Shown: piece by piece, positions 58,423-64,000 of the stretch
How the letters are laid out: the number at the start of each line of letters is the position of its first letter
How positions within the stretch are numbered: the stretch's first letter is position 1
Assembly: GCA_910577915.1 (NCBI GenBank)
Contig: CAJTOM010000001.1
Location: 41,110-105,109 of the forward strand
DNA length: 64,000 nt
Direction: 5' to 3'
DNA from: an uncultured Oscillospiraceae bacterium
GTDB taxonomy: Bacteria; Bacillota; Clostridia; Oscillospirales; Oscillospiraceae
Notes under the pieces: model-generated
Databases searched by the model: none
What the model saw: only the letters and a program-made list of their open reading frames with translations
Told to the model about the DNA's origin: nothing
Translations under genes and position numbers: made by a program

Positions 58423-59796
58423 TCAGTCCACCTTGGGCAGCTGGGCCAGACTCCGGGCGATGTCCTCGTCGGTGGGTGCAAAGTTGTGCATCTCCCCGCC
58501 GTGGAACTTCCCGTAGGCCACCAGATCGAAGTACCCGGTGCCGGTAAGGCCGAACAGGATGGTCTTCTCCTCGCCGGTCTCCCTGCACCGCTTGGCCTCG
58601 TTGATGGCGGCCAGGATGGCGTGGCTGGACTCCGGGGCGGGGAGGATGCCCTCCACCCGGGCGAACTCCTCGGCGGCCGCGAAGACATCGGTCTGCTTCA
58701 CGGCCACAGCCTCCATGAGCCCGTCGTCATACAGCTGGCTGAGAACGGAGCTCATGCCGTGGAAGCGCAGGCCGCCGGCGTGGTCGGCGGAGGGTATGAA
58801 CCCGGAGCCCAGGGTGTACATCTTCGCCAAGGGGCACACCATGCCGGTGTCGCAGAAGTCGTAGCGGTACGCGCCCCGGGTGAAGCTGGGGCAGGAGGCT
58901 GGCTCCACGGCGATGAAGCGGTAGTCCGCCTCCCCCCGGAGCTTCTCCCCCATGAAGGGGGCGATGAGGCCCCCCAGGTTGCTGCCGCCGCCGGCGCAGC
59001 CGATGACAACGTCGGGCTTCACGCCGTATTTATCCAGGGCGGTCTTGGCCTCCAGGCCGATGATGGACTGGTGGAGGAGCACCTGGTTGAGGACGCTGCC
59101 CAGCACGTAGCGGTAGCCGGGGGTGGATACGGCGGCCTCCACCGCCTCGCTGATGGCGCAGCCCAGGGAGCCGGTGGTGCCGGGGAACTGAGCGAGAATC
59201 TTCCGGCCCACCTCCGTGGTCTCCGAGGGGGAGGGGGTAACGGACGCGCCGTAGACCTTCATCACCTCCCGGCGGAAGGGCTTCTGCTCATAGGAGCACT
59301 TGACCATATATACCCGGCAGTCCAGCCCCAGGTAGCCGCAGGCCATGGACAGGGCGGTGCCCCACTGTCCGGCCCCGGTCTCGGTGGTGACGCCGGTGAG
59401 GCCCTGCCGTTTGGCGTAGTAGGCCTGGGCAATGGCGGAGTTGAGCTTGTGGGAGCCGGAGGTGTTGTTGCCCTCGAACTTGTAGTAGATCTTCGCCGGC
59501 GTGTCCAGCTTCTCCTCCAGGCAGTAGGCCCGGACCAGGGGGGAGGGGCGGTACATCTTGTAGAAATCCCGAATCTCCCGGGGAATCTCGAAGTAAGGGG
59601 TGTGGTCGTCCAGCTCCTGGGCCACCAGCTCTTTGCAGAAGACGCCCTCCAGCTCCGCGGCGGTCATGGGCTGGAGCGTGGCGGGGTTCAGGAGGGGGGC
59701 GGGCTTGTTGGCCATGTCCGCCCGCAGATTGTACCATACCCTGGGCATCTCGTCCTCAGACAGATAGATCTTGTAGGGAATTTTCTTCTCACTCAT
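58423..59796 (-). CDS. TrpB2-type tryptophan synthase beta-like PLP enzyme (stand-alone)
   Basis: 457 aa. The long N-terminal extension and GNNTSGSHKLNSAIAQ (PLP lysine), GAGQWGTALS and GCAGGGSNLGG blocks are characteristic of the TrpB2 clade. Confidence 0.88.
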   Translation of the reverse strand: MSEKKIPYKIYLSEDEMPRVWYNLRADMANKPAPLLNPATLQPMTAAELEGVFCKELVAQELDDHTPYFEIPREIRDFYKMYRPSPLVRAYCLEEKLDTPAKIYYKFEGNNTSGSHKLNSAIAQAYYAKRQGLTGVTTETGAGQWGTALSMACGYLGLDCRVYMVKCSYEQKPFRREVMKVYGASVTPSPSETTEVGRKILAQFPGTTGSLGCAISEAVEAAVSTPGYRYVLGSVLNQVLLHQSIIGLEAKTALDKYGVKPDVVIGCAGGGSNLGGLIAPFMGEKLRGEADYRFIAVEPASCPSFTRGAYRYDFCDTGMVCPLAKMYTLGSGFIPSADHAGGLRFHGMSSVLSQLYDDGLMEAVAVKQTDVFAAAEEFARVEGILPAPESSHAILAAINEAKRCRETGEEKTILFGLTGTGYFDLVAYGKFHGGEMHNFAPTDEDIARSLAQLPKVD

Positions 59797-60116
59797 GGCT
59801 TTGCTCTCCTTTCAGATGGTGCGGGACAAAAGAAAACGCCTCTGTCCCTAGCTTTCTCTGCTGGGACAGAAGCGATACACACTTCTGCGGTGCCACCCGG
59901 CTTGGCGCCAACGGCGCCCTCTCACTGCGCGCCAACACGCGCCGGCTTTGGTAACGGAGATCCCCTCCGGCTCGCCTAATCGCCCGCCATCCCGGCGCGC
60001 TTTCGGTCCGCCCTCGAAAGCCCATTCAGCCCGGCCATCCCTGCCGCGTTCCCACCCTTCGCGGCTCTCTGAGAGGTACCTGCCCGGTCTACTCACACTT
60101 TCTCAACGGTTTGGAT
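59797..60116 (-). promoter_or_regulatory. T-box riboswitch leader, probable Trp (UGG) specifier
   Basis: The minus-strand leader has:
- a GUUGAGAAAG...AGUAGA K-turn region;
- a CAGAGAG bulge;
- a GGUGGGAACGC distal loop;
- a GAAUGGG specifier-loop candidate;
- the T-box sequence GGGUGGCACCGC (+ coordinates 59887..59898);
- a terminator GCUUCUGUCCC...GGGACAGAGGC followed by GUUUUCUUUU (+ coordinates 59828..59873). Confidence 0.8.
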
Positions 60117-60122
60117 GGAGGT

Positions 60123-60151
60123 ACTATAGCACTTTAACGCGGGAATGTCAA
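60123..60151 (-). promoter_or_regulatory. Promoter of the T-box/TrpB2 transcript
   Basis: Minus strand reads TTGACA - 17 nt - TATAGT. Confidence 0.65.
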
Positions 60152-60253
60152 GGCGTTCCCGCAAAAAATTTTTTTGCAGGAATATCCCTGGAGAAAATCG
60201 CCGTCCCCGGCGGCGGCCCCCGCCCCTTTTTGTTCCATTTCGCACGTTTTCAC

Positions 60254-60283
60254 TTGACAGAAGGCGGTGGGAGCGAGTATTAT
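60254..60283 (+). promoter_or_regulatory. Candidate rny promoter
   Basis: TTGACA - 18 nt - TATTAT, about 135 nt upstream of the ATG. Confidence 0.5.
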
Positions 60284-60418
60284 AGAAAAGGATTTTTGTC
60301 GGTGGAGAAAAGGGGTATCCGCCGATTATTTCCGCGCCCGGCGCAGCGTCACCGCCGGGCTGGCGCAAACCCCCATTCCATAGAGGTAAAAACAACATTT
60401 TAGGAGGAAAACTAGTCC

Positions 60419-61975
60419 ATGTTTGAAATCATCCACCTGGTGATCGCGGTTGCCGCCGCGGTCGCGGTGGCTGGCGTCGTTTTCTTCCTCCTCGGTGTCA
60501 CCTATCGTAAGAAGGTGGCGGAGAAGGAGATCTCCAGCGCGGAGGAGGAAGCGCGCCGTATCATTAACGAGGCCATCAAGAGCTCCGAGAGCAAGCAGCG
60601 GGAGATCCTGCTGGAGGCGAAGGAGGAAATTCTCCGCGCCCGCACCGAGTACGAGCGGGAGGAGAAGAGCCGCCGGGCGGACCTGCAGAAGCAGGAGCGC
60701 CGGCTGCAGCAGAAGGAAGAGAACCTAGACCGCAAGACCGAGAACATCGAGAAGAAGGAGGAGGCGCTGTCCGCCAAGCACGCCGCCGCCGACAGAACCC
60801 AGGAGGAGATCGAGCTCATCAAGCGCAGCCAGACCGAGATGCTCGAGCGCATCTCCGGCTTTACCGTGGAGGAGGCCAAGCAGTACCTCATCTCCCAGGT
60901 GGAGGGTGAGGTCACCCACGAGGCCGCTGTGAAGATCAAGGAGATCGAGCAGCGGGCCAAGGAGGAGGCCGACCAGCGGGCCAAGGAGATTGTGGCCACC
61001 GCCATCCAGCGCTGCGCCGCCGACCATGCGTCTGAAATCACCGTCAGTGTGGTTCCCCTGCCCAATGACGAGATGAAGGGCCGCATCATTGGCCGCGAGG
61101 GCCGCAACATCCGCACCATCGAGACCCTCACCGGCGTGGATCTTATCATTGACGACACCCCGGAGGCCATCACCGTCTCCTGCTTCGAGCCCGTGCGCCG
61201 GGAGGTGGCCCGGGTGGCCCTGGAGAAGCTCATCGCCGACGGGCGCATCCACCCCACCCACATCGAGGAGATGGTGGAGAAGGCCCGCCGGGAGGTGGAC
61301 GCCGTCATCAAGAGCGAGGGCGAGCGCGCCGCCTTTGAGACCGGCGTGCGGGGCCTCCACCCCGAGGTCCAGAAGATGCTGGGCCGGCTCCACTACCGCA
61401 CCAGCTACGGGCAGAACGTGCTGCAGCACTCCATCGAGGTCAGCCACATCGCCGGCCTCATGGCCGCCGAGCTGGGGCTGGACGTCCACGCCGCCAAGCG
61501 GGCCGGCCTGCTCCACGACATCGGCAAGGCCCTGGACCACGAGTATGAGGGCACCCACGTGAACCTGGGCGTAGAGTTCTGCCGGAAGTACAAGGAAAAA
61601 GAGGACATCCTCAACGCTATCCAGGCCCACCACGGCGACGTGGAGTGCAAGACCCTGATGGCCTGCCTGGTCCAGGCGGCGGACGCGGTGAGCGCGGCCC
61701 GTCCCGGCGCGCGGCGGGAGAATCTGGAGAACTATATCAAGCGCCTGGAGAAGCTGGAGGAGATCACCAGCACCTACCCCGGCGTGGAGAAGTCCTTTGC
61801 CATCCAGGCCGGCCGGGAGGTGCGGGTCATGGTCCGCCCCGAGGCCGTCAGCGAGGACCAGATGGTCATCCTGGCCCGGGATCTGGCCAAGAAGATCGAG
61901 AGCGAGCTGGAGTACCCCGGCCAGATCAAGGTCCATGTGATCCGGGAAACCAAGGTGGTAGAATACGCCAAATAA
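60419..61975 (+). CDS. rny: Ribonuclease Y
   Basis: 518 aa. N-terminal TM helix, charged coiled coil, KH domain ([12 protein letters not shown]) and HD domain ([12 protein letters not shown]). Confidence 0.96.
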   Translation: MFEIIHLVIAVAAAVAVAGVVFFLLGVTYRKKVAEKEISSAEEEARRIINEAIKSSESKQREILLEAKEEILRARTEYEREEKSRRADLQKQERRLQQKEENLDRKTENIEKKEEALSAKHAAADRTQEEIELIKRSQTEMLERISGFTVEEAKQYLISQVEGEVTHEAAVKIKEIEQRAKEEADQRAKEIVATAIQRCAADHASEITVSVVPLPNDEMKGRIIGREGRNIRTIETLTGVDLIIDDTPEAITVSCFEPVRREVARVALEKLIADGRIHPTHIEEMVEKARREVDAVIKSEGERAAFETGVRGLHPEVQKMLGRLHYRTSYGQNVLQHSIEVSHIAGLMAAELGLDVHAAKRAGLLHDIGKALDHEYEGTHVNLGVEFCRKYKEKEDILNAIQAHHGDVECKTLMACLVQAADAVSAARPGARRENLENYIKRLEKLEEITSTYPGVEKSFAIQAGREVRVMVRPEAVSEDQMVILARDLAKKIESELEYPGQIKVHVIRETKVVEYAK

Positions 61976-62032
61976 CCGGGACCTCGGGGGAGGGTGACGT
62001 ATCCCCCGGAGAACCGCCAAACGGAAGAGACA

Positions 62033-62066
62033 AAAAACCGGACGCCTGCGGGCGTCCGGTTTTTTG
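62033..62066. terminator. Bidirectional intrinsic terminator
   Basis: A6 - CCGGACGCC / GGCGTCCGG - T6, between the convergent rny and aldose epimerase genes. Confidence 0.85.
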
Positions 62067-62126
62067 CGGCGCACTTGCCATCCCCTCCCCCGGTTGGAAG
62101 CGCCGCATCATCACCGGGAAGCAGGA

Positions 62127-63002
62127 TCAGAAAATAGTCACCGTCCAGCGGTTCTCGTACCGCCCGCCCGGCTCCAGGGCCGCCAGGTCGCACTGCTGGC
62201 TCAGGTCCTCCACCACCCCCTGCCGGGAGGGCAGGCTCAGCCAGGGCTCCAGGCACACGAAGGGGGCCTCGGTCTCCGGGTTGTGCCACACCCCCAGGTA
62301 GCGCATCTGGGGGAAGGTCATGGTGACCCCCCGGCTGCCCTCACCGGCGGAGAGGGTGACTGTCCGGTCCATGTGCTTGAGGATGACGGCGTCACGGTCG
62401 AAGAGGTCGTGGCGCAGGGGCAGCACCCGGCCCTCCTCCAGGGGGTAGGGGGCCTCCTGGCCGCTGATCATGTACTGGTCGGACAGGAGCACCTGCCAGG
62501 GCTGGCAGGGCTGCCGGAAGGTGAGCCGGTAGTCTGTGAAGGCCCGGCCCTCCTCCAGGGGCACCCGGAAGCCGGGGTGGGCCCCCAGGCCGAAATACAT
62601 GGTCTTCCCGTCCCGATTCTCCACCCGGCAGGTCACCGCGAGGGAGGCCCCCTCCAGGGCGTAGGTGATGGCGAAGGAGAACGCAAAGGGGTAGGCCGCC
62701 CTGGTCTCCGGGCTGTCCGCGGCGGAGAGGGTGACGCGGTCCGCCGTCTTCTCCTCCACCGCGAAGGTCAGGCGGTTGGCGAAGCCGTGGCGGGTCATCT
62801 CGTAGGACTGCCCATCGAGGGTGTAGCGGTCCCCGGTGAGGCGGCCCACGTAGGGGAACAGGTTGGGCGCACGGTTGCGCCAGTAGGCCGGGTCGCCGCT
62901 CCAGAGGTACTCCGTGCCGTCGGCGGCGGTGATGCGCATCAGCTGGGCCCCCAGCTCGTCGACGGTGACGGACATGGCGCTGTTTTGGATGGTGTGAAGC
63001 AT
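62127..63002 (-). CDS. Aldose 1-epimerase (galactose mutarotase-like) family protein
   Basis: 291 aa. NLFPYVGR, HGFA, GLGAHPGF, and a C-terminal EPW block. GGGAGGA RBS. Confidence 0.8.
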   Translation of the reverse strand: MLHTIQNSAMSVTVDELGAQLMRITAADGTEYLWSGDPAYWRNRAPNLFPYVGRLTGDRYTLDGQSYEMTRHGFANRLTFAVEEKTADRVTLSAADSPETRAAYPFAFSFAITYALEGASLAVTCRVENRDGKTMYFGLGAHPGFRVPLEEGRAFTDYRLTFRQPCQPWQVLLSDQYMISGQEAPYPLEEGRVLPLRHDLFDRDAVILKHMDRTVTLSAGEGSRGVTMTFPQMRYLGVWHNPETEAPFVCLEPWLSLPSRQGVVEDLSQQCDLAALEPGGRYENRWTVTIF

Positions 63003-63065
63003 CGGGGTGGTCCTCCCTTGTGAATTTTCGGTCCTGTACTCCTCCTGGGTTGTTTTCTATAGGAT

Positions 63066-63094
63066 ATGATACTAAACTACAGCCGGGATTGCAA
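63066..63094 (-). promoter_or_regulatory. Candidate promoter of the aldose epimerase gene
   Basis: Minus strand reads TTGCAA - 17 nt - TATCAT. Confidence 0.45.
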
Positions 63095-63198
63095 GGGGGC
63101 CGCCGGTTCTCCGCCGGTATTTTTTTGCACAGGCAGGATCCTGCGGAAGCCCCCGCACCGGCGCCGGGGAAAATTAACGTCCCTCCGCCAAATTTCCC

Positions 63199-63227
63199 TT
63201 GACAAGCGCCAATAGTTAGACTATACT
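63199..63227 (+). promoter_or_regulatory. feo promoter with an overlapping inverted repeat
   Basis: TTGACA - 17 nt - TATACT. The inverted repeat AGTTAG-N6-CTAACT (63214..63231) spans the -10. Confidence 0.6.
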
Positions 63228-63279
63228 AACTTTTGTGGAAATTTCTGTACGCCTATGAAGCGGAAAGGATATAGCAGCC

Positions 63280-64000
63280 ATGACAAAGCAATCAGGAAGC
63301 ATGACGCTGGACCAGCTGCCGGTGGGGGGCAGCTGCGTAATCGAGCAGGTGGGCAACCAGCGGGGAGCGGTGAAGCGCCGGCTCGTTGACATGGGCCTCA
63401 CCCCCGGCACCACGGTGGAGCTGATCAAAATGGCCCCCTTCGGGGACCCCATGGAGCTGCGCCTGCGGGGCTATGAGCTGAGCCTGCGCCGGGAGGATGC
63501 CGCCCAGATCCGCGTCAGCACCTCCGCCGTGGGCGCGCCGCCCCAGGAGACCGTGTCCGAGAGCGCCTACCACCTGGGGGCCGCCTGTCACGGGGACTGC
63601 GCTGCCTGCGCCATGGGGTGCGCCAACCCCAGGGAGCTGGAGGCCATGCACCGGGCCCACCGTCACGAGCAGGAGCACCACCCCAGCACCTACGACCCCC
63701 GCTCCCACGACCAGCGCCCCTGGAAGGTGGCCCTGGTGGGAAACCCCAACTGCGGCAAGACCACCCTGTTCAATGCCCTCACCGGCTCCAACCAGTACGT
63801 GGGCAACTGGCCCGGCGTAACGGTGGAGAAGAAGGAGGGGGAGGCCCGCCTGGGGGACGTGCGCTTCACCGTGGTGGACCTGCCGGGCATCTACTCCCTC
63901 TCCCCCTACTCCATGGAGGAGCTGGTGGCCCGGAGGTTCATCATTGAGGAACAGCCCGACGCCATCATCGACATCGTGGACGCCACCAACCTGGAGCGGA
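63280..64000 (+). CDS. feoB: FeoA-FeoB fusion ferrous iron transporter (5' part; continues beyond the window)
   Basis: Frame 1 is open from the ATG at 63280 to the window end, and is absent from the track because it has no stop. The FeoA SH3-like domain ([15 protein letters not shown]...[36 protein letters not shown]) is followed by a Cys/His-rich linker, then the FeoB G-domain ([31 protein letters not shown]). Confidence 0.88.
   Translation, partial: MTKQSGSMTLDQLPVGGSCVIEQVGNQRGAVKRRLVDMGLTPGTTVELIKMAPFGDPMELRLRGYELSLRREDAAQIRVSTSAVGAPPQETVSESAYHLGAACHGDCAACAMGCANPRELEAMHRAHRHEQEHHPSTYDPRSHDQRPWKVALVGNPNCGKTTLFNALTGSNQYVGNWPGVTVEKKEGEARLGDVRFTVVDLPGIYSLSPYSMEELVARRFIIEEQPDAIIDIVDATNLER

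Overview
GC-rich chromosomal segment, most consistent with a spore-forming Clostridia (Oscillospiraceae/Ruminococcaceae-like) genome. All calls come from reading the sequence and ORF track; no searches were run. Coding density is high, and most long ORFs antisense to real genes are GC-driven shadows. I saw no rRNA, tRNA, CRISPR array, transposase or integrase.

Gene content, left to right:
- mfd (5' part), then an AraC / formamidase-like amidase / APC permease module.
- A reduced ygeY-ygeW-carbamate kinase operon with a divergent GntR(FCD) regulator.
- A second M20 hydrolase with an Ala/Gly:cation symporter, then a YheO-type regulator with an unusually long fold-type-II PLP enzyme.
- An AT-rich pocket holding a perfect parS site and two tiny divergent genes, one of them RHH, followed by a ThrC-family enzyme.
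- nfnAB, then the CIRCE-controlled hrcA-grpE-dnaK-dnaJ operon with rpiB, then spoVT.
- PadR-DUF1700, then a YtrA-type GntR with an ABC exporter whose permease is broken at a G9 run.
- A nine-gene V-type ATPase operon whose K subunit carries Na+-binding signature residues.
- An orphan family-5 SBP lipoprotein, pgeF, spoIID, and a NusG-II/Gx-transporter operon.
- A lower-GC TetR / REC-GGDEF / PilZ island, then an XRE-AbrB regulator with an ABC-2 exporter.
- clpB with its own CIRCE, a fused citXG, nrdD with tandem NrdR boxes, and a T-box(Trp)-controlled stand-alone TrpB2.
- rny, an aldose epimerase, and the 5' part of a FeoA-FeoB fusion.

Nothing looks like a known defence system or mobile element. 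The most unusual material is:
- the ygeW/ygeY/arcC neighbourhood, with extra hydrolase and PLP genes and shared operator-like motifs;
- the parS pocket;
- the second CIRCE at clpB;
- the homopolymer frameshift in the ABC permease;
- the c-di-GMP island.
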